Positions 36,403 to 46,418 of a stretch of 64,000 nt of DNA are shown one piece after another. The DNA comes from Nanobdellota archaeon (GTDB lineage: Archaea; Nanobdellota; Nanobdellia; Parvarchaeales; Parvarchaeaceae), in contig JAJYWD010000001.1 in assembly GCA_021791655.1 (NCBI GenBank), forward strand, positions 32,655 through 96,654, read 5' to 3'. The position numbers were made by a program, and so were the translations under genes. The notes beneath the pieces are model-generated. The model was not told the DNA's origin, ran no database searches, and saw only the letters and a list, made by a program, of their open reading frames with translations. Position 1 is the first letter of the stretch. Each line of letters starts with the position of its first letter.

Positions 36403-38139
36403 GTGATTATTATGATTGATAAAATTAGGTCCCCCATATGTACTTTCTTGGGACACGTAGACGCGGGAAAGACCAGCGTAATGGACGCTATAAGAAACAC
36501 GTATTTCGCTTACAAGGAAAGCGGAGGATTGACGCAGAACATAGGTTTGACGGAAGTTCCTACGGAGAAGATAAAGGAAATAGCCGGTGAACTGCTTTCT
36601 AAATTCAAAGTCGAGGTAAAAGTGCCCAGCATCATCTTCATAGACTCTCCCGGTCATGAGGCTTTTGTTACCCTGCGTGAGAGGGGCGCATCCATCGCTG
36701 ATTTGGTGATATTAGTAATCGACGTAAGCGAAGGCATACAAAAGCAAACCATAGAATCCATGGAAATATTGAAATCGTACAAGACCCCATTTTTGGTTGC
36801 TCTTACGAAGATAGACACGATCGAAGGATTTACAAAAGTGGAAAACAAGCCGTTTTTAGAATTCTTGAACGGACAGGACAAAAAATTCTCAGAAGCATTG
36901 GATAAAGCCGTTTATGACCTGGTTTCTGACTTCTCAAACTACGCCTTTCAAGCAGAACGCTTTGATCGTGTTTCTGACTTTACCAAACAGGTTGCAATAA
37001 TACCGGTATCAGCCGTGAATAATGTCGGTATAGAGGATTTGCTTGTGATGATAATCGGACTTAGCCAGAAGTACATAAACCCCATAGAGAGTGGTAGAAA
37101 CGAGGCCGCTATACTGGAGGAGAAGCCTCTAAGGGGCGTAGGAAAGGTGTACGATGCTATCGTGTACTCCGGGAAACTTAGTGTTGGTGACAATGTTTTG
37201 GTTCATACGTACGAGGGGGTAGCCGCCACAAGAGTAAAGATGCTTATGGAGCTGGAACCTTTGGTAGAGAGCAGGGAAAATTTCGGTGAATACCGTTCTG
37301 TTAAGTCTGTGCCCGCAGCTAAGCCGATAAGACTGGTGTTACAAGAGCCTGTAGCTTTGATAGGCACGTCCGTATCAGTTTTTTCGAGCGAAAAGGAGCG
37401 GGCGGAAAAAGAGATGGAAATGAAGACCATGATTAGTAGCATGTCCGCTAGCGATTCCTCGGGTGTTGTTGTGTGTGCGGATTCGATAGGCAGTACCGAT
37501 GCTATAACCAAGATAGCTGCTTTGAATGCAATGAAAGTTGGTAAGACAAAACTAGGCGAGCCTACAAAAGGCGAAATATCCGCCGCTAAACTGGATGAGA
37601 AACTGGTCCTATGCTTTAATGTCCCGGTTCAGAAGAGTATAAGCGAACTCGCCATGTCAGAAGGCGTTACGATAATCCAGAGTAAATCCATATACGATCT
37701 TTTCGAAAGATACAAGGAATTTATTTCGGTAAGAAAGCACGATGAACTAGAAGAAAAGACCGCGGGGCTTCTGTTGCCCGCTAAAATAGTATTTCTTAAA
37801 GGCAATATCTTTCGGAAGTCTGACCCGTGTATCTTCGGTATAGAAGTTCTTGGGGGGGAGATACGACCAGGGTATCCTCTTATTAACGCTGATGGTACCA
37901 AACTCGGAAGGATAATAGAAATACAGGGGGAAAAGAAGAAACTTATGAGGTCATTTAAGGGAGACAAAGTAGCTATAAGCGTGGCCTCGGCGGTTTATGG
38001 CAGGAATCTGCGGGAACAGGACGTGCTCTATACCGACATGGGAGTACAAGATATAATTAAGTTCGGAGATATAGAAACTATGCTACATAGTGATTATGCC
38101 GATGTTGAGGCCGAAATACGGCGAATAAAGAAGCTTTAA
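36403..38139 (+). CDS. infB: Translation initiation factor aIF5B (IF2-like GTPase)
   Basis: 578 aa. G domain RSPICTFLGHVDAGKTS…DSPGHEAF…TKID, followed by a beta barrel, a helical linker and C-terminal barrel domain IV. Confidence 0.85.
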   Translation: MIIMIDKIRSPICTFLGHVDAGKTSVMDAIRNTYFAYKESGGLTQNIGLTEVPTEKIKEIAGELLSKFKVEVKVPSIIFIDSPGHEAFVTLRERGASIADLVILVIDVSEGIQKQTIESMEILKSYKTPFLVALTKIDTIEGFTKVENKPFLEFLNGQDKKFSEALDKAVYDLVSDFSNYAFQAERFDRVSDFTKQVAIIPVSAVNNVGIEDLLVMIIGLSQKYINPIESGRNEAAILEEKPLRGVGKVYDAIVYSGKLSVGDNVLVHTYEGVAATRVKMLMELEPLVESRENFGEYRSVKSVPAAKPIRLVLQEPVALIGTSVSVFSSEKERAEKEMEMKTMISSMSASDSSGVVVCADSIGSTDAITKIAALNAMKVGKTKLGEPTKGEISAAKLDEKLVLCFNVPVQKSISELAMSEGVTIIQSKSIYDLFERYKEFISVRKHDELEEKTAGLLLPAKIVFLKGNIFRKSDPCIFGIEVLGGEIRPGYPLINADGTKLGRIIEIQGEKKKLMRSFKGDKVAISVASAVYGRNLREQDVLYTDMGVQDIIKFGDIETMLHSDYADVEAEIRRIKKL

Positions 38140-38843
38140 AGCCAGTTCTTCTGCGCGAATTCGTACAGTTCTAGCGTGTCACACTGCAACAGTCTGCCTT
38201 TGCACACAACCGCGTTTAAACTCCCATCCTTTATGAGAACAGGGAAAATCTCCTTCTCAAGAGAGTGGTGCCCAGCAGGTATATAATCAAATACGCGTGG
38301 ACTAAGCATCATTACCCCCGCGTTTATTAGGTGTGAACCGATGTCTTCTTTCGGCTTCTCAACGAATTTCGTTATCCTCTTTCCGTCCAAGAACGCAACT
38401 CCGTATCTCGAAGTGTCCTCCACGCTTATCAAGCCCATAGTTCCTATCGGCTTATACGTTTTGTGTTCGGTGTATATGCCGGAGATATCAAAATCAAACA
38501 GGGTGTCCCCATTAACGAAAAAGAAGTCTTCGTCAAAATTTTCCCTGGCAAGCTTAAGCGCCCCGGCCGTACCCAGTGCTATTTGTTCCATAGAATACTT
38601 TATGTCGACACCAAGAGAGCTCCCGTCCTTGAAATATTTTTCTATTTTATCGCCGAAGTAACCGATCCCTATTACTATGTCTGTCAATCCTTGGGATTTT
38701 AGCTGCATTATAACGTGCTCCAAAATCGGTTTTCCATTTATTGGCATCATAGGTTTGGGCGTTTCTAGGGTGAATGGTTTGAGTCTAGTGCCTAACCCGC
38801 CCGCAAGCAGAAAGACCTTGGCGTTAAGTTTCTCGCTGTTCAT
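38136..38843 (-). CDS. Sugar-1-phosphate nucleotidyltransferase (G1P thymidylyl/uridylyltransferase family)
   Basis: 235 aa with N-terminal LAGGLGTRLKPFT (the GxGxRL nucleotide-binding signature). Confidence 0.75.
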   Translation of the reverse strand: MNSEKLNAKVFLLAGGLGTRLKPFTLETPKPMMPINGKPILEHVIMQLKSQGLTDIVIGIGYFGDKIEKYFKDGSSLGVDIKYSMEQIALGTAGALKLARENFDEDFFFVNGDTLFDFDISGIYTEHKTYKPIGTMGLISVEDTSRYGVAFLDGKRITKFVEKPKEDIGSHLINAGVMMLSPRVFDYIPAGHHSLEKEIFPVLIKDGSLNAVVCKGRLLQCDTLELYEFAQKNWL

Positions 38844-38876
38844 GCGATAGTTAGCGTAATGCGCGATTAAAAATCC

Positions 38877-40043
38877 TTATGCGCGTCTTTTTCCCCGTCT
38901 TACCGCAGTATCAAGGTTTTTATCAAACAGTGTTATGAACTTTGCGTCGTCATATCTCGGCGATTTCAAAGCCCCTGCCACCAACCGCTTGTAAAGCCTT
39001 TTGTCTAACACTTTCTCCATAGCCGATGCGATGCTATCGGGGTCGTCGTTTACCAGTAGTCCGTTTGTACCGTTTTTTATGAACTCACGTGGTCCGCCCT
39101 CATTTATGCATATGACTGGTTTACCGTATGCGAGGGATTCCAGCGGAACGAATCCAGTGTCTTCATTAAACGCGAGAAACAGCGTAGCGTAGCATTCTCT
39201 ATATAGTCTCGAAACCATTTTATCGTCTATGTTTTTCATCACTATTACGCTGTTATCACCCGCGGACAGCTCTTTTATCCGTTCAAAGTAGCCCTCGTCC
39301 TCTGCAAATCCGCTAAGAACAAGCTTGAATCCCCTGCTTTTGAGACTAGACGCTTTAAACGCAGAGATAGCCAGATCCTGCCTTTTGTAGTCGATATATC
39401 TGCTGTTATAAAGCAAGAACTTCTTGGTCGTTTTCGACCTTGAAACGCGAGTGTAGTTTATGTGCGGTCTATCTTTCAGTATGTGCGATGCGTCGATAAG
39501 CCCGGCAGCGAGAAGGCGTTTCTTGACCTCTTCGCTGTGTACGAATGCAAAATCTACCTTTTTCCAAGCCGCTCGCTCAAGAAGCCTGTATACACTTACG
39601 AATAAAGGCAGCTCAATTTTGTACGCTAAACTTTGCTTCTTGTAATAATCGTACATATTATGGGCTATTCTTAATGGTGTGTGAGTCATGGCTATAGTAA
39701 CGATTTTGCTAACGTCCCTGTTTAATAGTATAAGTTCGGATATGCCGGCCGTCGATATTACTAAGGCATCATACCTAGACAAATCAATGTTAGCAGAGCG
39801 CGAGTCCTTTAGGAACAGCGCCCCCCTCAATATCAATGAGCGTCTTACCTTTTTGCCGTAATCGGTAATCTTGAATCTCTTGTATTCATCGAATGTAAGA
39901 CTCTGGTTAAACGAAAGGGTATAAACGTCTATGTCGTGTCTGCTTCCCTTTAATAGGGCTAAAATCGTACGTTCTATTCCGCCCTTACTTTTTATCCAGG
40001 GCACGAAAAGCGCCACCCGCAACTTCTTTTTAATCATATGCAC
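38877..40043 (-). CDS. GT4-family glycosyltransferase
   Basis: 388 aa GT-B fold. The C-terminal EDTGFVPLESLAYGKPVI matches the GT4 E-x7-E region. Confidence 0.75.
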   Translation of the reverse strand: MHMIKKKLRVALFVPWIKSKGGIERTILALLKGSRHDIDVYTLSFNQSLTFDEYKRFKITDYGKKVRRSLILRGALFLKDSRSANIDLSRYDALVISTAGISELILLNRDVSKIVTIAMTHTPLRIAHNMYDYYKKQSLAYKIELPLFVSVYRLLERAAWKKVDFAFVHSEEVKKRLLAAGLIDASHILKDRPHINYTRVSRSKTTKKFLLYNSRYIDYKRQDLAISAFKASSLKSRGFKLVLSGFAEDEGYFERIKELSAGDNSVIVMKNIDDKMVSRLYRECYATLFLAFNEDTGFVPLESLAYGKPVICINEGGPREFIKNGTNGLLVNDDPDSIASAMEKVLDKRLYKRLVAGALKSPRYDDAKFITLFDKNLDTAVRRGKRRA

Positions 40044-40717
40044 ACCGCACTGAATACATTGTAGTTTCCTGCTACTATGTACACATGGTACTGCGACGCA
40101 GATTGGCTTAGCGACAAGCTACCGGAGTAGGTTCCAGAAGTGGATGCCTCCCGCTGGCTACCGGCAAATGTACCGCCCGCGGTATAAGCTGAGATATTAA
40201 AGGTAACATCCTTCACCAGTATGTCATTCACGCTCAGGAACTGCAGGTCGTAATTTAGCGCGCTTCCGCTAACAGAATATGACGCATTTATGAATGCGAG
40301 TGGGGCGTCTATCCAGTTCTGCACTGTAAGATTATCCTCGTAGAGTGCAGCTTTAGCGTAGAATGTGTACAATCCTGGCAACAGTGGTAGAACGCCACTT
40401 ATGTTTACTGTGGTCGGCCTTATAGAGGAAGTAGTATCACTGCCAATCTTTACAAATTTACCGCAGAATAGAGAGTTAGTATAGTTTATTGTTCCCACCT
40501 TTACCTGAAATGCGATGCTGGAGCCCAATCCCTGCGACGCTACGTAATCGGCTTCCGTCGCTATCTGGCCCACAGCAGTGTCATATGAAGCATATGTTAC
40601 CCCGCTGCTGTATGCGTAATAGTATACGACTGCAAATACCACAAGTGCGAAAACTATAAACATAGCTATGCCTGTTATAACCAAATACTCAGTTGAGAAT
40701 TGTGCCCCTTTATCCAT
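40034..40717 (-). CDS. Pilin-like surface protein with class III (prepilin) signal peptide
   Basis: 227 aa. MDKG|AQFSTEYLVITGIAMFIVFALVVF carries a [K]G cleavage motif, a QxSxEY DUF361-like start and a hydrophobic helix. The mature part is Ser/Thr- and sequon-rich. It overlaps the GT4 start by 10 nt. Confidence 0.55.
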   Translation of the reverse strand: MDKGAQFSTEYLVITGIAMFIVFALVVFAVVYYYAYSSGVTYASYDTAVGQIATEADYVASQGLGSSIAFQVKVGTINYTNSLFCGKFVKIGSDTTSSIRPTTVNISGVLPLLPGLYTFYAKAALYEDNLTVQNWIDAPLAFINASYSVSGSALNYDLQFLSVNDILVKDVTFNISAYTAGGTFAGSQREASTSGTYSGSLSLSQSASQYHVYIVAGNYNVFSAVCI

Positions 40718-40859
40718 AGCTGTAGCAATAACAGAAATAATATGTGTGTAGATTTAAAGCGAAGCACGTCGTTTATTAGCACAAAGTAACAGTGGCCCGC
40801 TCGAAAACACTAAAATAGAAAGCTTTATATATAAGTTGTGCACCTTATATATAAGGTTT

Positions 40860-41783
40860 ATGAGAGTGATAACTAACAAGTCAAATACTATCTGCCCCTC
40901 TTGTAAGAGTGATTCTGTGCTTTATGATAAGACGACTGGAGAACAGATATGCCAGAAGTGCGGTTACGTTATAGAGAGCGACATGATAGACTACGGGAGG
41001 GAATGGCGCTCATTCGAAGATGAAAGGGATGAGGGTAAAGGTAGGATGGGTTCCCCGCTGAGCTATGCCAAGTACGACAAGGGTACGAGCACCGTAATAG
41101 GAAAAGCCAGTGAATCTATCAAACTATCAAATGTAAACAGACGCACGTTCTATAAGTTAAGGAAGTGGCAACCCCGGATATCGACCGCTTTTGAAAGGAA
41201 CCTAAAATTCGCGCTTACCGAGCTTAGACACGCGAGCAACCAGCTTCATGTGTCAAGCGTTATACAAGAAGAAGCGGCCAAGATGTATAGGGAAGCGATA
41301 AATCTGAGGCTCGTGAGGGGGAGATCTATGGAAAGTGTAATCGCTGGAGCCCTCTATGCGGCTGCAAGAAAGTATTCCCGGCCCATAACACTGGACGAGA
41401 TATCCGAGACGTTCGGCGTTGAAAGAAAAGAGGTTGGGAAGGCCTATAGACTTCTTTGCAGGGAACTAGGTATCAAAATACTTCCGACGTCACCGCACGA
41501 TTATGTTTACAAGATAGCTGCAACATTGAGCGTCTCCAATAGTACGGTATCCGACGCAATCAGCCTTCTTAAGGAAGCTGAGGGCAAGGGATTAACCAGC
41601 GGGAAGGGGCCTATAGGTATCGCCGCCGCGGTCATATACATCGGTACACTGATAAATTCGGAAAAGAAAACGCAGCGCGATGTAGCGAAAGCCGCTGGTA
41701 TAACAGAAGTAACCATACGCAACAGGTACAAGGAACTTTACGACGCTTTACATCTGAAGGACCGATACAAAATCGAAGAGTAA
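40860..41783 (+). CDS. tfb: Transcription initiation factor B (TFB)
   Basis: Zn ribbon CPSCKS…CQKCG, a B-finger and two cyclin repeats. Start chosen at MRVITNK; the raw ORF begins 24 nt upstream. Confidence 0.9.
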   Translation: MRVITNKSNTICPSCKSDSVLYDKTTGEQICQKCGYVIESDMIDYGREWRSFEDERDEGKGRMGSPLSYAKYDKGTSTVIGKASESIKLSNVNRRTFYKLRKWQPRISTAFERNLKFALTELRHASNQLHVSSVIQEEAAKMYREAINLRLVRGRSMESVIAGALYAAARKYSRPITLDEISETFGVERKEVGKAYRLLCRELGIKILPTSPHDYVYKIAATLSVSNSTVSDAISLLKEAEGKGLTSGKGPIGIAAAVIYIGTLINSEKKTQRDVAKAAGITEVTIRNRYKELYDALHLKDRYKIEE

Positions 41784-41792
41784 GACTTAAAG

Positions 41793-42866
41793 GTGCATAT
41801 GCGCCGAAATGTGGAATTGTTTCAAGAAGGCGCAGTGAGGTTTTTTGCTCAAAATAAGCAGACGCGCAGCTCTGAGGTGTTTTTTAACCCTACAAGGAAA
41901 TTCGACAGGGATTTGAACGTTTCAATTTTTAATTGCTTAGGTAAGAAGAAATTGGTAGGACTCGATCTGCTCGCGGCCAGCGGGGTAAGAGGTTTGCGGC
42001 TTGCAGTTGAAACAAACGCATTTAGGAAGATTATTATTAATGACATCAAAACAACTGAAATAATAAAAAAGAACATAAAATTAAACAGTCGCTCTCTTAA
42101 TTCTCGTGTATCAGCAACCGATTTAAACGCTCTTTATTTGGGCAGGTTAGAGGAAAAGCTAGATTACATCGATATAGATCCGTTTGGATCTCCCGTAAGG
42201 TACTTACCTTTTATTATAAGCAAAGTGAGGACTGGCGGCATAGTCTCCATAACGTCTACCGATACCGCGGCCCTTTTCGGCAAGGCTAGAAAAGCATGCT
42301 TGCTGCGATACAGTGCAGTTTCTTTTAAGACAGGCTATTACAATGAACTTGGTTTGCGTATACTCATAAAAAGAAGCGAAGAAATCGCTAATGTGTACGA
42401 ACGTTCCGTATCCCCCTTGCTTTTTGACGTTAGACAGCATTATGTGCGTGCCTATCTTAAAGTAACTAGCCCGGTATTGAGCGATTCCAGAATAGGGTTT
42501 CTTTACCAGTGCAGAAGATGCCCGTACAGAACAATAAGCGAGGTCGCTGTTTGCCCGCACTGTGGTGGCAGTACTATAAGACTCGGCCCCATCTGGTTGG
42601 GCAAATTGTTTGACAGGGCTCTAGTAACGGCTATCGCTAGCGGATGCTCTAATGGGACTGTAAGGGAATATCTTTACGCATTGAGTGCCGAGAGTTACAC
42701 TCTATCCTACTACACTACGCCCGAAATTGCCTCGTTTTTCAAGTTACGAGAAGTGGGCCCGCTTAAATTGGGTTTGAGAACGGTATTCAATCCAAAGGGT
42801 TTCAGAACAGACAATAGTCTCGAAGAAATTCAAATAGCCCTTCTTAAAGAAAATGCGAACGGCTAA
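41793..42866 (+). CDS. trm1: tRNA (guanine26-N2)-dimethyltransferase Trm1
   Basis: 357 aa. A Rossmann MTase (LDLLAASGVRGLR, DIDPFGSP) with the C-terminal Cys cluster CRRCPY…CPHCG typical of Trm1. Confidence 0.8.
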   Translation: MHMRRNVELFQEGAVRFFAQNKQTRSSEVFFNPTRKFDRDLNVSIFNCLGKKKLVGLDLLAASGVRGLRLAVETNAFRKIIINDIKTTEIIKKNIKLNSRSLNSRVSATDLNALYLGRLEEKLDYIDIDPFGSPVRYLPFIISKVRTGGIVSITSTDTAALFGKARKACLLRYSAVSFKTGYYNELGLRILIKRSEEIANVYERSVSPLLFDVRQHYVRAYLKVTSPVLSDSRIGFLYQCRRCPYRTISEVAVCPHCGGSTIRLGPIWLGKLFDRALVTAIASGCSNGTVREYLYALSAESYTLSYYTTPEIASFFKLREVGPLKLGLRTVFNPKGFRTDNSLEEIQIALLKENANG

Positions 42867-43144
42867 GTGTTCTTCTTTGTGGCTACTACGGCTAGATTTA
42901 TTTCCTTATTTATGGCCTGGCCTGGCAGACCTCTCCGGAATCTGACAACGACGCGGCCAGAATCCCCGTGTGGATGCATAACCACTCCTATTATGTAGGC
43001 TTTTGAGAACTTTATCTGTACCTTTTTACCGGTGTACTCCTTTGCTTTATCCCTGTCGTTAACACCGTCGATTTTGACTATTACTTGATTTACTCTCTGT
43101 GTCTTCCTCCCGCGCCTAAACGATACTATCTTCATCATAGTCAC
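42863..43144 (-). CDS. rpl35ae: 50S ribosomal protein eL33 (L35Ae)
   Basis: 93 aa. …KIVSFRRGRKTQRVNQVIVKIDGV…KFSKAYIIGVV… matches L35Ae. Confidence 0.8.
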   Translation of the reverse strand: MTMMKIVSFRRGRKTQRVNQVIVKIDGVNDRDKAKEYTGKKVQIKFSKAYIIGVVMHPHGDSGRVVVRFRRGLPGQAINKEINLAVVATKKNT

Positions 43145-44217
43145 TGCTTGGGCTGATAGTTGCCCTTTTGTTCCGTGGCTTTCAGAGACTCCTTGTCTAT
43201 TATCGGGTGAGGCGCACCTTTCTTTTCTCGCTCTTTGTCAAGGACTTTCATTATCTTATCAACCACTTCCTTTGCTTCGGTATACTTCTTGTGGAATTCC
43301 TCACCGTTGACTCTCTTTATTTCTCCGTGCTCGATGCTTTTGTACCACTTTATAACATCGTCCGCTTTGGTTACGTCCTCCTTTGTTAGTAGCTTTTCTT
43401 TTTCAACTGCAGCGGCCAGCAATCCGTTCGTTGTCTCTTTTGGAACCGGTGGCAAGTATCCCAATTCCATAAGGAGGGCCTGCCCAGCAGCAACAACCGA
43501 ATCGAAAAGATCACGGGATAGCTTAGTAGACATTGTGTCTTCAGCCCACACAAGGAACGCCTCTGCGCTGCTCATGTTGCTGTCTATAGTCTCTCTGGTC
43601 GGTATAATACCACCGGCTTTGTAAAGCATTTGTATCGGTACGAAGTATCCCGTATCGTAGACTGCTACCCCGTCACGAAGCAGGGTCAGTATGACGGGAT
43701 TGGGCTTTATTATCGATGCCCAGAACTCTGCTAGAGGGTAAGTCTGAGCGTGTATCTTGTCCGAAAAATCCTTTGCTATCTCCGCCATTTTTACGAACAG
43801 CCTCTCTTTCAGCTGTTCGAGTGTGAATCTCTTTATATCGGTATCATCCACTATAAAAGCCACGTCTATATCGGACGAAGAAGTCATCCCAGTCTTTGTC
43901 TTCGAGCTTCCGAACACAACTATCGATTTTATGTATTTCCTGAAAAGACTGAGTACGCGCAGAAAATACGCCCTTAAGCTGTTGGCATCTTTCGCGCCCA
44001 AAACCTTGTTTAGGATGTCAAATGATACACCTGCAAGTTGTCCCGGTGGCTCGACATGTTCCGTCTGTTCTTCATCCCCGACATCAAGCCCGACAAAAGA
44101 GCCCATATAGTCAACTCTTTCATTGAGTTCATCGATCTTTGCGGACAACAGCTCTATAGTCGAGAACAACTTGTTTAATGCGGCTTCTGCAGGATTAACG
44201 TTTTGCGTCTGATTCAT
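43141..44217 (-). CDS. Pol-beta-superfamily nucleotidyltransferase (MNT/KNTase-like) with N-terminal coiled coil and C-terminal helical domain
   Basis: 358 aa. VVFGSSKTKTGMTSSSDIDVAFIVDD gives the GS…DxD minimal NTase motif. The C-terminal roughly 150 aa is helical and KNTase/HEPN-like, but no Rx4-6H motif was found. Confidence 0.6.
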   Translation of the reverse strand: MNQTQNVNPAEAALNKLFSTIELLSAKIDELNERVDYMGSFVGLDVGDEEQTEHVEPPGQLAGVSFDILNKVLGAKDANSLRAYFLRVLSLFRKYIKSIVVFGSSKTKTGMTSSSDIDVAFIVDDTDIKRFTLEQLKERLFVKMAEIAKDFSDKIHAQTYPLAEFWASIIKPNPVILTLLRDGVAVYDTGYFVPIQMLYKAGGIIPTRETIDSNMSSAEAFLVWAEDTMSTKLSRDLFDSVVAAGQALLMELGYLPPVPKETTNGLLAAAVEKEKLLTKEDVTKADDVIKWYKSIEHGEIKRVNGEEFHKKYTEAKEVVDKIMKVLDKEREKKGAPHPIIDKESLKATEQKGNYQPKQ

Positions 44218-44327
44218 ATTATCATACCCCCGTATCTGATTATTATTGTATTGGCTTATATAAACGTTTTCCAGTTATTTGCTTTCTCGATGTAGCAATA
44301 TAAATAGAGTCCTTCATAATTAGTAGT

Positions 44328-46061
44328 ATGAACAAGAGAGAACTGGAGGAGTACTCGAAACTTATAGGAGACAAGCCGGGTGACTGGCTAAAGGAGCTAA
44401 GAAAGAGAGCCTCCACTCTAGATGCTCATTACAGCGGAAAGTTGAATGAATTCCGGTTTGCGGGGGGGAAAGAAGTTGCACCGACCGGGCTTTTGGGCAA
44501 TCCTAACGGCTTCTTCATGAGTAAGGATGTTCTTAAGCGACATCAGTTCCTTGGGGAATACATGTCATTTATACAGGAACTCAGCGCATTCGGCTATACT
44601 GATCGATTGAAAGAAATGGAAATCATAGATCCCAGTGCGATGTCAAATATGTTTACAATGATATTTGATAAGCGCAAGAACCTGGAAGACAGAACCATGC
44701 AGCTTTTGGGCAGCATAAATCAGGTTTTGAAGAGTGTAATCTCAATAATATACGAATTGAAGGAATTGGACAGGAACGTGTCCTTCTATGAAAAAGCTAA
44801 GGTTAAGGCCGACCCAAAGACCGCTGAGGCGGGCGAGCTTGGATTGAAGAGGATATTCATAGACAATGTTGACTCGAGAAAGCGCGAGGCCAGTCTTTTG
44901 TCCCTTTCGCGAGCGCCTTCCCAAGGGGGTGGCGGAGGCGGCGGATATATCGATATAGTGTCGGTCTTTTATTCTATAAAGAAACTTTCCGACATAGAAA
45001 CGCTCAACAGGAACGAGCAGTACAAGAACGTGTTGAAGAATAGATTCCTGGAATATGAGGACTGGAAGAAGCTGAGCGAAAAAGACCTCAAAACTAGAAG
45101 AGAAATGCTGTTGCAGTATCTTAAAAGTCAAAACGCTTCTTTCGAAATGTATCTGCAGTGGGCTTATCAGTACATGACGATACTTAAACGCATAAATCTA
45201 AAATCCTCAGGTATGAATGCAGGAAGCGCTGCCAGTGCTTATACAAACGCTTCTACCAATCTAGACGTTTCCGAATTCGCAGCCTTCACAGTAAACTTAG
45301 TAGCCGGCAAGCAGATTTTAATGAAGGAATACGACGTCTCATGGGAAAAGGCATTTGGAAACGCAGGTCCATTGATACCTGTGGCTGCTTCGCCAAAGTC
45401 ATCCTCTGTCACACTGGAAACCCGCGGAGGTAAGTTAAGTGAAAGAAGATTCATGTACGACAGAATAAAACAGTATGGTCCAAAAGTCATAGCAGCTATA
45501 GAGGCAGAATTTAAGTTTAAGGAAAAACCTTTCTTTTCTGAGCAGATGCCGCAGACCCCAATGCAGTACGAGGGCGCTCTGGACATAAGGCTTAATCCGT
45601 ATTGTTTTTCCTTGGATGAATGGTACCTGTTTAAAAAAGCGATACAGACGCAGGTGCAGAGTAGCGTCTTCAGCGGACTTGACAGCGTTTTGGTCACTTC
45701 CCTTAAACCTATGAAAGACGATCTGGACAAGTACATAAAAGAGGCAGAGAACCTTAATAAGCCCTCGGAAAAGGCGACACCTTCATTTGCCTTTTTAGAC
45801 ATATTCCAATCCTTCAGAGAGGATCTTCGTGGCATAACCAGCGAATTGTCTTCTGCGAAAGGCAGCAGTTCCGGTAAACGCGCGTCTGATTCACCAGAGA
45901 TGTATGAAATTGCCGTTAATAATCGATTGAATCGCTCCCTTCACAGGGATGCGCTGGCCCTGGGCACTTTCGTCGTCAACGAGGACGTGTCGTTGATATA
46001 CGAAGAAGCAAAGAGAAGATCGAAGTTGCTCAATAGTTTGGACCACACGGACATATTTTGA
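44328..46061 (+). CDS. Uncharacterised 577-aa soluble protein with internal Gly7 linker
   Basis: Long clean ORF with no TM segment, no Walker motifs and no domain I recognise. It heads a run of four tiny membrane-peptide genes. Confidence 0.5.
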   Translation: MNKRELEEYSKLIGDKPGDWLKELRKRASTLDAHYSGKLNEFRFAGGKEVAPTGLLGNPNGFFMSKDVLKRHQFLGEYMSFIQELSAFGYTDRLKEMEIIDPSAMSNMFTMIFDKRKNLEDRTMQLLGSINQVLKSVISIIYELKELDRNVSFYEKAKVKADPKTAEAGELGLKRIFIDNVDSRKREASLLSLSRAPSQGGGGGGGYIDIVSVFYSIKKLSDIETLNRNEQYKNVLKNRFLEYEDWKKLSEKDLKTRREMLLQYLKSQNASFEMYLQWAYQYMTILKRINLKSSGMNAGSAASAYTNASTNLDVSEFAAFTVNLVAGKQILMKEYDVSWEKAFGNAGPLIPVAASPKSSSVTLETRGGKLSERRFMYDRIKQYGPKVIAAIEAEFKFKEKPFFSEQMPQTPMQYEGALDIRLNPYCFSLDEWYLFKKAIQTQVQSSVFSGLDSVLVTSLKPMKDDLDKYIKEAENLNKPSEKATPSFAFLDIFQSFREDLRGITSELSSAKGSSSGKRASDSPEMYEIAVNNRLNRSLHRDALALGTFVVNEDVSLIYEEAKRRSKLLNSLDHTDIF

Positions 46062-46066
46062 GAGAT

Positions 46067-46237
46067 ATGCACAGCAAAGGACAAATGCCGGTAACAGAGG
46101 TTGTATCCATAATACTTGCCATAATAGTGTTTGTGGTCGGCGTAATAATCGCACTGTATCTCTCGCACACGGGAACCAATTTAGGGGCGGAGATAATGAA
46201 AGCACTCTCCTTTAGCTGGCTTTTTGGTGGTTTATGA
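46067..46237 (+). CDS. Small single-TM peptide with prepilin-like N-terminus (1 of 4)
   Basis: 56 aa, MHSKGQMPVTEVVSIILAIIVFVVGVIIALYL…. Its stop overlaps the next start (ATGA). Confidence 0.35.
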   Translation: MHSKGQMPVTEVVSIILAIIVFVVGVIIALYLSHTGTNLGAEIMKALSFSWLFGGL

Positions 46238-46413
46238 ATACCAGGGCTTCGGTCCCCGGGACTGTAATGGTTTATATAATCTTACTTATCGCGGGTATGA
46301 TAATTCTTATAATACTTTTCCAGTTGTTCACACCGTACAAGATAACTTCGCTGCTGGACGGACTTTTTAACTCCAGTGGCAAATTCACCAATAGTTCTGG
46401 GAGGCTGACATAG
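46234..46413 (+). CDS. Small single-TM peptide (2 of 4)
   Basis: 59 aa, MNTRASVPGTVMVYIILLIAGMIILIILF…, with a sequon-containing tail. Confidence 0.35.
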   Translation: MNTRASVPGTVMVYIILLIAGMIILIILFQLFTPYKITSLLDGLFNSSGKFTNSSGRLT

Positions 46414-46418
46414 ATAGC

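Noticed and set aside
36364-36881. Minus-strand ORFs (97 and 75 aa) over the infB 5' region
   Set aside because: They are antisense to the aIF5B G domain, which has canonical GTPase motifs.
44925-44945. GGN-repeat DNA (ggtggcggaggcggcgga)
   Set aside because: It encodes a Gly7 linker within the 577-aa ORF. It is a codon-level repeat only, not a CRISPR, microsatellite or mobile-element feature.
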